Origin: a virus
Taxonomy: Duplodnaviria > Caudoviricetes
DNA: 38,757 bases
Direction: 5' to 3' (one strand)
Virus record (IMG/VR): IMGVR_UViG_3300017780_008313
Span: 1-38,757 of that record
The number at the start of each line of letters is the position of its first letter. The stretch's first letter is position 1. The notes under the pieces were generated by a model. That model had not been told where the DNA came from. It worked only from the letters and a program-made list of their open reading frames with translations, and ran no database searches. Both the position numbers and the translations under genes were made by a program. Positions 9,221 to 18,567 of the stretch are shown piece after piece.

Positions 9221-10705
9221 ATGATTTACTCCCTACAAGTAGAGCGACATGTTCTTAGCGGCTTATTAAAATATCAAGATCTATTCGCTGATATTGATGT
9301 ATTTTTATCAGAAAATGACTTTTTTAATGATGTTCATTCTACTATTTATTCAGTATTTAAGAATATCAAATATAAAGGCGAAAACGTAGATAAAGTCTTA
9401 TTGGCCGAAAAGATAAAGAATTTAGGTATATCTTTTAAAGATGAAATTAATATTTTTGATTATATAGATAATTTAACTTTTTCTCAGATCACAGAAGAAG
9501 CTACCATGACAGCCTGCAAAGAATTAATTAAATTTAGAGTTCGAAGAGAGCTTTGCCAAACAGCAGATAACCTTAAAGAGTATGTTACTAAAAATGCAGA
9601 AGATTCATTGGATGAGATCATTGGTAAGATAGATGGTATATATAACAAAAAAATATCATCTTATTCAGAAAATGATATACCAATTAATATTTTTGAAGGA
9701 GTAGAAGACCTTATTGAAGAAAGAGGAAACTCCCCTAAAGATGAAACTGGATTGATCACACCATATTCAGAATTTAATAGAATGTATGGTGGTTTAAAAA
9801 ATGGTAATATTTATGCTATCGCTAGTAGACCTGGACAAGGAAAAAGTTCATTTTTGAATGATATTTGTTTTAAAACAGCCATTAACCCTAAGAATAAAAC
9901 AAAGACTTTGATCTTGGACACTGAAATGCAAACCGTAGATATTCAATTAAGAATGGTTGCATCTTTGAGTGGTGTACCAGTTTGGTATCTTGAAACTGGT
10001 AACTGGCGCAAAAATGAGGAAATGACAAAAAAAGTAAGAGAAGCTTGGAGCAAAGTAAAGAAGTATGAATATTTTCATTATCATGTTGGCAATAAAAACA
10101 TAGATCAAATTTGTTCTATTATCCGTAGATGGTATCTTTCAAAAGTCGGCAGAGGAAATCAAGCCATGATCGCTTATGATTATATAAAATTAACTGGAGA
10201 AAAGGTCGGTCAAAATTGGGCAGAGCATCAAGCTATTGGAGATAAAATTGATAAACTTAAAAGAATATCGGAAGAAATTCAATGCCCAGTTATTACTGCG
10301 ATGCAATTAAATAGAACTGGAGAAAGCTTTAATAGAAAAGGCTCAGAGGTAGTTGATGATAGCTCAGTAATCTCTTTATCAGACAGACTTCAATGGTTTG
10401 CTTCTTTTGTAGCGATCTTTAGAAGAAAAACTTTAGATGAGCTTGCTCTAGATGGTCAAGCATTTGGTACGCATAAATTAATACCAACAAAAACTAGATT
10501 TCAAGGTAAAGATGCTGCTGGTCACCAAGATTTAGTTAGAAGATTAGATTGTACTGGTAAAGAAACATGGGCGCAGAATTACTTGAATTATCAAGTAGAA
10601 AATTTTAATATTGAAGAGCGCGGTTCTTTGAACGATGTATCTGCTTCTCAAAGAGAGCGTTACGAACTTGATGATTCTAATCAAAATGATGGAGAAATAT
10701 TGTGA
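9221..10705 (+). CDS. dnaB: Replicative DNA helicase, DnaB family
   Basis: DnaB N-domain (ERHVLSGLL, DFFNDVH), Walker A ASRPGQGKS, LDTEM, YDYIKL, AMQLNR and KTRF arginine finger. Confidence 0.92.
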   Translation: MIYSLQVERHVLSGLLKYQDLFADIDVFLSENDFFNDVHSTIYSVFKNIKYKGENVDKVLLAEKIKNLGISFKDEINIFDYIDNLTFSQITEEATMTACKELIKFRVRRELCQTADNLKEYVTKNAEDSLDEIIGKIDGIYNKKISSYSENDIPINIFEGVEDLIEERGNSPKDETGLITPYSEFNRMYGGLKNGNIYAIASRPGQGKSSFLNDICFKTAINPKNKTKTLILDTEMQTVDIQLRMVASLSGVPVWYLETGNWRKNEEMTKKVREAWSKVKKYEYFHYHVGNKNIDQICSIIRRWYLSKVGRGNQAMIAYDYIKLTGEKVGQNWAEHQAIGDKIDKLKRISEEIQCPVITAMQLNRTGESFNRKGSEVVDDSSVISLSDRLQWFASFVAIFRRKTLDELALDGQAFGTHKLIPTKTRFQGKDAAGHQDLVRRLDCTGKETWAQNYLNYQVENFNIEERGSLNDVSASQRERYELDDSNQNDGEIL

Positions 10706-11358
10706 ATGTAAAATTAATATCTACTACAGCTCCACAAATAACAGGAATAGAAAAAGCAGAACATCTAGTAGCTTATTACGCTAGAGTTAGTAACCCTTCA
10801 AATCAATTCAATAAAGAAACTGCGCCTAAGCTGTTAGCCTTTCTTATTAAGCACAAGCATTGGAGTCCATTTGAGATGGTAGATATGGCTATTGAAATTA
10901 AAACTAGTAGAGCTATAGCAGCTCAAATTTTAAGACATAGATCATTTAATTTTCAGGAATTCTCGCAAAGATATAGCGAAGCAACCGATTACGAAGATGT
11001 AGAATTAAGACTTCAAGGAAGTAAGAATCGACAGGTTGGAGAAGATCTTTTACCCAAAAATCATCCAGAATATAATAATTTAAATGGTCTATTAGCAGAA
11101 ACTCTTTCTTTATCGGAGCATTGTTATCAAACCATGATCGATAATGGCATAGCTAAAGAAGTAGCAAGAATGGTTTTACCTTTGACAACTCAAACAACCA
11201 TGTATATGAAAGGCTCTTTAAGAAGTTGGATTCATTATATTGAATTAAGGACTCAAGAAAATACTCAAAAAGAACATCGATTAATTGCTGATGAATGTAA
11301 AAAAATATTCATAGATAATTTTCCAGTAATAGCAGAGGCATTAGAATGGAAGAATTAA
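10702..11358 (+). CDS. thyX: Flavin-dependent thymidylate synthase
   Basis: ARVS, HWSPFE, RHRSFNFQEFSQRY, AKEVARMVLP and LR...TQKEHR. Confidence 0.95.
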   Translation: MNVKLISTTAPQITGIEKAEHLVAYYARVSNPSNQFNKETAPKLLAFLIKHKHWSPFEMVDMAIEIKTSRAIAAQILRHRSFNFQEFSQRYSEATDYEDVELRLQGSKNRQVGEDLLPKNHPEYNNLNGLLAETLSLSEHCYQTMIDNGIAKEVARMVLPLTTQTTMYMKGSLRSWIHYIELRTQENTQKEHRLIADECKKIFIDNFPVIAEALEWKN

Positions 11359-12251
11359 ACGTCTTTCAAGTCCTTACGGACTTAGGATATAAATTGAAAG
11401 ACCATGGTAAAGAGTATCGTGCAAGACCTTTATATAGAGATAGTGATAACGACACAGTATTAAAAATAGAAAAAAATAGCGGTAATTGGTTTGACTTTAA
11501 ACAGAACATAAGTGGCGATTTAAATTCTTTAGTTAAGCTTACCCTAAAATTAGATGGTGTTGATGAAGCTAAACAATGGCTTAAAAATAAAAATTTCATA
11601 TCCCAACTTCCTACTAATGTAGAAAAGCCTTTAATTAAATCTACAAAAAATTTTGATATATCTATTTTAGATAGGTTAGAGGTTAGTCATGACTACTGGA
11701 TGAATAGGAATATAACTCAAGAAACTATATCTCAGTTTAAAGGTGGTGTAGCTAAAGCTGGCAAAATGAAAAATAGATATGTTTTTCCTATTTTCAATTT
11801 GAAGAATAATATTATAGGATTTTCTGGTAGAGATGTTACAAATATCTCTAAGATAAAATGGAAGCACCTTGGAGAGAAGAGTGATTTTTTATATCCATTG
11901 TTTTTAAATCATTCTATATTACAAGAGCAAAGAGAAGTTATTCTGGTAGAGAGCGTAGGAGATATGTTAAATTTATGGCAAAACGACATTAAAAATGTTT
12001 TAGTTACTTTCGGTACTAGTCTTAGTCTACCCATATTAAATCAGATGCTTAAATTAGATATTAAAAAAATATATATCAGCTTAAACAATGATTCAAATAA
12101 AAATATGGCAGGAAATATTGGCGCAGATAAAATCTACTCTAGACTCAAAAGATATTTTGATCAACGACAACTTAAAATAGCTTTACCTATCAAAAAAGAT
12201 TTCGGAGAGATGACAAGAGAGGAAATACTTCAATGGAAAAAAGCTCTTTAA
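11346..12251 (+). CDS. DnaG-like DNA primase (Toprim)
   Basis: RYVFPI....IIGFSGR, ILVESVGD, TFGT, LNND...AG and KDFGE; lies close to dnaB. Confidence 0.85.
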   Translation: MEELNVFQVLTDLGYKLKDHGKEYRARPLYRDSDNDTVLKIEKNSGNWFDFKQNISGDLNSLVKLTLKLDGVDEAKQWLKNKNFISQLPTNVEKPLIKSTKNFDISILDRLEVSHDYWMNRNITQETISQFKGGVAKAGKMKNRYVFPIFNLKNNIIGFSGRDVTNISKIKWKHLGEKSDFLYPLFLNHSILQEQREVILVESVGDMLNLWQNDIKNVLVTFGTSLSLPILNQMLKLDIKKIYISLNNDSNKNMAGNIGADKIYSRLKRYFDQRQLKIALPIKKDFGEMTREEILQWKKAL

Positions 12252-13183
12252 AAGTTTTATCAGCCTCTAGAATTAAGACTCTTGAAACTTGCTCTTGGGT
12301 CTACTGGAATAATTATCATGATAAAATTCCTCAAACCCAGAACGAAGGAGCTTTGAGAGGCACAATTTGCCATACAGTTTTTGAATTACTATTAAAAGAA
12401 AGACATAAAAGACATTATGATATTATCATTAAAAATAATTCAATTAATGGTAGCAAAGGCATATATAAATTAGTTAAAAAATTATCATTGAAAGTGGGTT
12501 TGGCTGAATCTAATTATGAACTATTAGATGAAATGATACTGGTGGGCCTTAAAGAAGATTTCTTTGGAGAAAATGGAAAGATAGTAAAACCAGAGTATGC
12601 ATTTAATATTCAAAATGACCAGCCCAAATATCATATCCGTGGTTTCATGGATAAACCCATTAAAATCAAAAAAGAAATGCATATAATCGACTACAAGAGC
12701 TCCAAGTATAAATTCAGAGGAGATGAGCTAGAAGCCAATATTCAAGCAATGATGTATAGTCTAGCCAGCAAAAAGCTTTGGCCCAAATTAAAACCCATAA
12801 TCAAATTTCTTTTCCTTAGATTTCCTAAAAAGCCTACTCAAGAACTTTCATTTAATGACGAACAGATAAAAGGTTTTGAATATTATCTAGAACACATTAA
12901 TGAATATATAAATAATTTTGATGAAAATAGTGCAAAGGCCAATTTTGCAGTAGATAGCCAAAAGAATAAATGGATGTGTGGGATAGGGTCTTGGGTTTGT
13001 CCATATAAAGCTCCTTATGATTATTATGTTAAAATAAATGAAGGCGGAGAAATAATAGAAACCAGTCTAAAGAATGATTTCAAAAATATTAATGGATTTA
13101 AAATAGAAACAAGAAAATATGAAGGATGCCCAAAATTCAACAATAAACAAGAGAATACAAAGAAAGATAGTTTTTTAGATTGA
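12233..13183 (+). CDS. PD-(D/E)XK exonuclease (RecB/AddB/Cas4-like)
   Basis: LSASRI....C, GTICH..FE, RGFMD, IIDYKS and QAMMY motifs, plus C-terminal cysteines. Confidence 0.85.
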   Translation: MEKSSLKVLSASRIKTLETCSWVYWNNYHDKIPQTQNEGALRGTICHTVFELLLKERHKRHYDIIIKNNSINGSKGIYKLVKKLSLKVGLAESNYELLDEMILVGLKEDFFGENGKIVKPEYAFNIQNDQPKYHIRGFMDKPIKIKKEMHIIDYKSSKYKFRGDELEANIQAMMYSLASKKLWPKLKPIIKFLFLRFPKKPTQELSFNDEQIKGFEYYLEHINEYINNFDENSAKANFAVDSQKNKWMCGIGSWVCPYKAPYDYYVKINEGGEIIETSLKNDFKNINGFKIETRKYEGCPKFNNKQENTKKDSFLD

Positions 13184-13208
13184 TTTTTTAGAAAATTGCT
13201 GTTAAGCT
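13180..13208 (+). promoter_or_regulatory. sigma70-like promoter TTGATT-17-TAAGCT with extended TG
   Basis: 7 nt before ATG 13216. Confidence 0.55.
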
Positions 13209-13215
13209 AATATAA

Positions 13216-13962
13216 ATGATACCGTTGTTTAAATCTCACTATTCTTTAGGTAGGTCAATCTTAACTCTTGAAGATAAAGATGAAAAAGATAATTATCCAG
13301 ATTCTATTATCCAAATCTGTAAAGAAAACAAAATTAAAGAACTTTATCTAGTAGAGGATAATATGTCTTCATTTTTAGAAGCTTATACGAATTGCAAGAA
13401 TAATAATATTAAATTAAATTATGGACTAAGAATTTCAGTTACAGAATCCATGACTGATAAAACTGATGAGTCAAGAGCTAAAAATTCCAAATTAATACTT
13501 TTCTTTAAAAATAAAAAAGGTTACGAATCTTTAACTAAATTATTTAGTATTGGGGCAAAAGATGGTTTTTATTATGAGCCTAGAATAGATTACGCAACAA
13601 TAAAAAATAATTGGTCAGATAATTTAATTATGGGTATTCCATTTTACGACTCTTTCATATTTAATAATACTTTAAAAAATAGCATATGCGTTCCTCAGAT
13701 AGACTTTACAAAACCAGTAGTATTTATTGAGCAAAATGAATTACCTTTTGATATTATTATTAGAGATAAGATGTTATCATTTGCAAAAAAGAACGAACTA
13801 GAAGTTTTTAATGCAAAAAGTATTTATTATACTGATAAAAAAGACTTTAAAACATATTTGACCTTTAGATGCATAAATAAAAGAAGCGTCTTAAATAAGC
13901 CAGACATTGAACACATGAGTAGCAATGAATTTTGCTTTGAAAGTTGGAAAAATAATAAATAA
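13216..13962 (+). CDS. Stand-alone PHP domain of DNA polymerase III alpha (N-terminal part of a split DnaE)
   Basis: SHYSL, IKLNYG, LILFFKNKKGYESLTKL and GFYYEPRID follow the DnaE PHP pattern; most metal ligands are degenerate. Confidence 0.85.
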   Translation: MIPLFKSHYSLGRSILTLEDKDEKDNYPDSIIQICKENKIKELYLVEDNMSSFLEAYTNCKNNNIKLNYGLRISVTESMTDKTDESRAKNSKLILFFKNKKGYESLTKLFSIGAKDGFYYEPRIDYATIKNNWSDNLIMGIPFYDSFIFNNTLKNSICVPQIDFTKPVVFIEQNELPFDIIIRDKMLSFAKKNELEVFNAKSIYYTDKKDFKTYLTFRCINKRSVLNKPDIEHMSSNEFCFESWKNNK

Positions 13963-13963
13963 T

Positions 13964-14542
13964 ATGAAAATTCAAAATCCAGAAGTGATAGTAAATCAGT
14001 ATGGTAATAAAGCGAGACAAATACAAAGTAGAGAAGACAGATCCTATGATTATAAAAATATGCTTTATGATGAAGATAGCCTTTATTCAATTGATGTAGA
14101 TTTAATGTGCGTAAAATATGAAAGACCTGGAGAACCAACTATTGTTGCTGGACTTGAACTTACTTTAATAAATAATTATCAATCAAGATATGATGTAGAA
14201 ATGATAGATGATCAAGAATGGAAAACTACTATTGAAATTAGACCATCACTTAACTTTTTTAAATCAATTGTTACACGATACAGAAATCAGGGGCAAGGCA
14301 AGTTGAGCGTGTTTATTGCAACTAAAGCAGGCGCACAATCTATTATTGTAGCATTTTCTAAAGATTTAATGCATTTTTATCTCTACAATTTAACTAAAGA
14401 TAATAATAAATGGCTCTATCAAAATAAGATATCTCATCTTCGATGGCATTATAAAATAAGAGATCGAGCTATTCCAGATGATTTTCACGAAAGACATAAA
14501 ATCTTGAATAGAAAGCAAGAATCATTTATAATTGAAGTATAA
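13964..14542 (+). CDS. Hypothetical protein, possibly PD-(D/E)XK fold
   Basis: Likely start is ATG 13964, just after the PHP stop. IDVD...AGLELT resembles a restriction-endonuclease-like core. Confidence 0.5.
   Translation: MKIQNPEVIVNQYGNKARQIQSREDRSYDYKNMLYDEDSLYSIDVDLMCVKYERPGEPTIVAGLELTLINNYQSRYDVEMIDDQEWKTTIEIRPSLNFFKSIVTRYRNQGQGKLSVFIATKAGAQSIIVAFSKDLMHFYLYNLTKDNNKWLYQNKISHLRWHYKIRDRAIPDDFHERHKILNRKQESFIIEV
14504..14532 (+). promoter_or_regulatory. sigma70-like promoter TTGAAT-17-TATAAT
   Basis: Perfect -10, 13 nt before ATG 14546. Confidence 0.55.
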
Positions 14543-14545
14543 TAT

Positions 14546-15184
14546 ATGGACGAACATCTTTTAAGATATAATAAAAATAAAACTTTAGTTTTCGTAGATT
14601 GCGAAACATTAAATCTTTGTTTAAACTTTTGTCATAATCTACCTTGGCAAATTGCTATGCTTAAGGTTAAAGGCGATAATAAAATTGATCAAAAGAATTT
14701 TTATTTAAAATGGCAAACAGATTTAAAAATTAGTGAGGACGCAGCGAGAATAACAAGATATGATCATAAAAAAGTTCAAAAAGAAGGGTATGACCCCAAA
14801 GGAGTATTTCCGACTATTAAAGACTGGTTAGATAATGCAGATTATATAATTGGTCACAACACTCTTGGATTTGACATTTATCTTATAAAAGAGTATTATA
14901 AATATATGGGTTGCAATTGGCATCATCTTGTGAATAAATTTATCGATACAAATGCGGTAGCCAGAGGCATAAAATACGAGATGCCTTACGATTCAAAAGA
15001 TAATTTAATCGAATACCAATATAAAATTCTTCATACCAGAAAAAAGAATGTTAAAAGTTCTTTAACTTTCCTAGCAAAAGAAAATGGCATAGAGCATGAT
15101 TACGAAAGTCTTCACGACGCAATAAATGATCTTGATTTAAACTTAAAGGTATGGAATAAATTAAAATGGCAGATCGAGGTATAA
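14546..15184 (+). CDS. DEDDh 3'-5' exonuclease (DnaQ/epsilon-like)
   Basis: ExoI VFVDCET, ExoII GHNTLGFD, IDT and ExoIII HDAIND. Confidence 0.9.
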   Translation: MDEHLLRYNKNKTLVFVDCETLNLCLNFCHNLPWQIAMLKVKGDNKIDQKNFYLKWQTDLKISEDAARITRYDHKKVQKEGYDPKGVFPTIKDWLDNADYIIGHNTLGFDIYLIKEYYKYMGCNWHHLVNKFIDTNAVARGIKYEMPYDSKDNLIEYQYKILHTRKKNVKSSLTFLAKENGIEHDYESLHDAINDLDLNLKVWNKLKWQIEV

Positions 15185-15185
15185 A

Positions 15186-15413
15186 ATGGCTTCACTAGAT
15201 AATGTTTACGATACTATACAGAAGTTAGAAGACTATGGTATAGAATATCTTCTTATAACTATAGAAAAAGGTAAAAAGAAAGGTAAAGCGGATGTATTTT
15301 ATAGCTTAAAAGATAGAGCTTCCATGAAAATCTTAGCAAGAGGACTAGATGTTTTTAATCAAGAAATAGATAAAATTGAAAAAGAGCAAAAGGAAGACGA
15401 AAATGAAGACTGA
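15186..15413 (+). CDS. Hypothetical protein
   Basis: 75-aa ORF with GAGGT upstream, tiled between the exonuclease and the DnaE core. Confidence 0.7.
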   Translation: MASLDNVYDTIQKLEDYGIEYLLITIEKGKKKGKADVFYSLKDRASMKILARGLDVFNQEIDKIEKEQKEDENED

Positions 15414-17991
15414 TAATTACTGTAATAGCAAAGATTTTTCTGATAAGTTTGAAGATACAGAGCTAGATATTCATGGAGTTAGATTACCTGAGTTCGAAAT
15501 TGATTTAGCATCTAAAAGACATTTAGGTATTAGCGAGGACTCATCAAATTATGATTTTTTAAGAGCTTTAGCTTTAAACGGATTTAAAACTTTAAATATC
15601 AATAAATCCGATAAGAATTATAAGAAATATGTTGATAGAGCGAAACATGAATTAGATACTTTAAAAGAGTTAGGATTTATTGATTATATATTACTAGTAT
15701 GGGACGTTATACATTTTTGTAAAACTAGTGATATTCCAATAGGTTTAGGTAGAGGTTCGGCTGCTGGATCTTTAATATTGTACTTGGTAGGTGTTACTAG
15801 AATCGATCCAGTCAAATATGATCTTTATTTCGAAAGATTTATATCCAAGATTCGTGCTAAAAAGCAGGTTGTTGATGGGATAACGTATCTAGATGGTAGT
15901 TTAATGTGTGATGTAGATTTAGATATTTGTTATTATAATCGTCAAAAAGTACTCCAATATTTAGAAAATAAATTCAAAGGGAAAACTAGCAAAATATTAA
16001 CCTTTAATAGCTTAAGTGGAAAATTGCTTATTAAAGAGTGTGGCAAAATCATCGCTGAAAAACCAGAGCAAGAAATGACAATGATATCTTCTTTAATTCC
16101 TAAAACCTATGGTCAAGTTAAGGATATCTCAGAAGCTTATCAGGAAGTTGAGCAGTTTAAAGCTTGGTGTGATGAAAATAAAGAGACATACGAGATAGCT
16201 CTTAAATTGCGAGATTTAATTAAAAATAAAGGGGTTCATCCTTCTGGAGTACTACTTTCTTACTATGATTTAGAAACAATATGTCCAACAGAATTTTCTT
16301 CAGATAAAGAGGTCGTATCTAGCTTTGATATGAATTGGGCAAGTGTTTTCAATATAAAATTAGATATCCTTGGCTTAAGAAGTGTTTCTGTCGTAGATAA
16401 TGTTTGTAAAAGTATTGATATAAAAATAGAAGATATAGATTTAAATCATGAGTCTATTTATAGAAATTTACAAGATTTAAAATCACCACATGGTTTATTT
16501 CAAATTGAAGCCGAAACCAACTTTAGAGTATGTCAAAAAGTTAAACCAAAAAACTTAGAAGAACTTAGTGGCGTTCTTGCTTTAGCTAGACCTGGAGCAC
16601 TTCAATTCGTAGATAAATATGCAGCTCATACAAATTATCAACAGTCAGAAAGTATTCATCCGTTCTTTGATGAAATTTTAAAAGAAACTGGCGGAGTTGC
16701 TTTATATCAAGAACAATTAATGAAAATGGCTAATAAGATTGGCTTTACTTTAGACGAAGCAGAAATCTTAAGAAGAATCGTGGGTAAAAAGAAAACTGAC
16801 GAGATTAAAGCTTGGAAAGCAAAAATTGAACAAAAATGTAAACAAAATAAAATTCCAAAAGAAGTTAGTGAAATTCTTTGGAAGATTCTTGAAGATTCTG
16901 CAAATTATAGTTTTAATAAATCACATTCTATAGCTTATGCTGGACTAGCAGCAATCACAATTTATCTTAAGTTTAATTATCCTCAACAATTCTTTTTATC
17001 ATTATTAAAAATGAGTAGAAATGAACCAGATCCAATAGGTGAAATATCTAAGATCCAAAAAGAAATGCATAACTTCGGGATCAAGCTTCTTCCTCCTCAT
17101 ATTATTAAATCAGAAATGGATTTCTCGATTGAGGATAAAGATATTAGATTTGGTCTATTATCAATAAAAGGTATTAGCGATAAGTCAATAGAAAAACTAA
17201 ATAGCTTCAGAAATAAATATTCTAATAAATTTGAGATATTTGAAGCAGCAGAAGAAGCTGGATTAAATATTGGAGCATTATCTGCATTAATTCAAGCTGG
17301 CGCACTTAGCGGTTTTAATCAATCAAGAAGTAAAATAGTATTAGAGGTTCAATTATGGAATATGTTAACCTCTAAAGAGAAAAAATACGCTATATCATTT
17401 GCAGATAAATTTGATTATGATCTAATTAAAATCATTAAACATCTCAATAAATTTACTGATGAGAAAAATAAAGTAGTTATTAAAGACAATAGACTGAGCA
17501 CTATTAAAGAAAAGTATACTCCATATTTGAGCATATATGAGCAAAACAATAAAAGTGAAAGCTTTGCTAATTGGTATTACGAAAAGAAACTTCTAGGGTA
17601 TACTTATAATAAAAATCTAAAAGATATCTTTGCCGAGAAAAGAGAAAATCTTAAATATGTATCTGATATATTAGATGAACCAGTAAATTCTAAAATAGCT
17701 TTAGTTGGTCAGATAGAAGAAGTATTCTCTGGCATATCTAAGAACGCAAAAAAGACAAGGTATGTTAGATTAAAGATATCAGACGAAACAAGCACAATTA
17801 GCGTATTAATATTTAATGATAATATTGAAACAAATAAACTATTAAATGATAGAAATTTTGAAGAAGGAAACATTGTAATAGTTAAAGGTTCTAAAAGAGA
17901 TGATTGCATATTCGGTGATTTAATAGCTATCCAAGATCATGAGATATATATGAAATTAAATGATTTAAAAAAGATAGATAAAAATAATTGA
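15403..17991 (+). CDS. dnaE: DNA polymerase III alpha catalytic core lacking the PHP domain
   Basis: GFIDYIL, GRGSAAGS, DPVKYDLYFERF, DVDLD, HPSG, KLDILGL, GLFQ, ALARPG, YQEQ, YSFNKSH and a C-terminal OB fold. Start taken as ATG 15403 after AAGGA. Confidence 0.95.
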   Translation: MKTDNYCNSKDFSDKFEDTELDIHGVRLPEFEIDLASKRHLGISEDSSNYDFLRALALNGFKTLNINKSDKNYKKYVDRAKHELDTLKELGFIDYILLVWDVIHFCKTSDIPIGLGRGSAAGSLILYLVGVTRIDPVKYDLYFERFISKIRAKKQVVDGITYLDGSLMCDVDLDICYYNRQKVLQYLENKFKGKTSKILTFNSLSGKLLIKECGKIIAEKPEQEMTMISSLIPKTYGQVKDISEAYQEVEQFKAWCDENKETYEIALKLRDLIKNKGVHPSGVLLSYYDLETICPTEFSSDKEVVSSFDMNWASVFNIKLDILGLRSVSVVDNVCKSIDIKIEDIDLNHESIYRNLQDLKSPHGLFQIEAETNFRVCQKVKPKNLEELSGVLALARPGALQFVDKYAAHTNYQQSESIHPFFDEILKETGGVALYQEQLMKMANKIGFTLDEAEILRRIVGKKKTDEIKAWKAKIEQKCKQNKIPKEVSEILWKILEDSANYSFNKSHSIAYAGLAAITIYLKFNYPQQFFLSLLKMSRNEPDPIGEISKIQKEMHNFGIKLLPPHIIKSEMDFSIEDKDIRFGLLSIKGISDKSIEKLNSFRNKYSNKFEIFEAAEEAGLNIGALSALIQAGALSGFNQSRSKIVLEVQLWNMLTSKEKKYAISFADKFDYDLIKIIKHLNKFTDEKNKVVIKDNRLSTIKEKYTPYLSIYEQNNKSESFANWYYEKKLLGYTYNKNLKDIFAEKRENLKYVSDILDEPVNSKIALVGQIEEVFSGISKNAKKTRYVRLKISDETSTISVLIFNDNIETNKLLNDRNFEEGNIVIVKGSKRDDCIFGDLIAIQDHEIYMKLNDLKKIDKNN

Positions 17992-18016
17992 CATTTTAAA
18001 TTATAAGTAGTAACAT
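17988..18016 (+). promoter_or_regulatory. sigma70-like promoter TTGACA-17-TAACAT
   Basis: Perfect -35, 8 nt before ATG 18025. Confidence 0.7.
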
Positions 18017-18024
18017 TAAGTAAT

Positions 18025-18567
18025 ATGATATCATTTTATAAACCAAATAGTAAGAATACAGGCACAGCTTGTAGTTTCAGCGTAAATTCAAAAGATAATT
18101 CAGTGTGGGGATCATTAATCAAGCAAAGTTCTTGGAATGATGCTAAAAAGATTGGATCTTTCTCTGAAAATCAAAACAATCCCAACAAAAGTGTTAAAGT
18201 TAAATTTTCACTAACAGAGGCTGCTGGACTTATTGACTCTCTAGAAAGAAACACGGAATTTTCAGCTTATCATACTTCCGAGAAACAAATAACAAAAATT
18301 AAATTAGCTCCTTATATTAGAGACGACAAGCAGGTTGGTTTTTCATATAGTGTAAATAAAGAAGATAAACAGAACATAGAAAATAAACAATCATATTTAA
18401 TTGGTTTTTATTTTAACGAAGCAAGGCTATTGAAAGAGTTTTTGACGTATTCTTTAAATTCTGTTTTTGAAGCTCAAAGAATTGAAGCTATAAAGAAAGC
18501 AAAAAATTCACCAAAAGAAACCAAAGAAGTTAATGCGGCTGATCAAGAAGATAGCGAACTCTGGTAA
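18025..18567 (+). CDS. Putative ssDNA-binding protein, Whirly-like fold
   Basis: Two beta-rich repeats each ending in a helix (KFSLTEAAGLI; GFYFNEARLL), an acidic/aromatic tail DQEDSELW, and a position right after dnaE. Confidence 0.55.
   Translation: MISFYKPNSKNTGTACSFSVNSKDNSVWGSLIKQSSWNDAKKIGSFSENQNNPNKSVKVKFSLTEAAGLIDSLERNTEFSAYHTSEKQITKIKLAPYIRDDKQVGFSYSVNKEDKQNIENKQSYLIGFYFNEARLLKEFLTYSLNSVFEAQRIEAIKKAKNSPKETKEVNAADQEDSELW

Noticed and set aside
12233-13183. Cas4 as part of a CRISPR-Cas locus
   Set aside because: No repeat-spacer array or other cas genes are visible; this nuclease type is routine in phage replication modules.
15376-15402. Longer track starts for dnaE (15376), 13925 and 25839
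   Set aside because: Downstream in-frame ATGs (15403, 13964, 25884) give smaller overlaps, and 15403 has an RBS-like AAGGA.
13216-17991. Split intein joining the DnaE pieces
   Set aside because: No intein N-terminal block at the end of the PHP gene and no HN/C-type junction at the start of the core.
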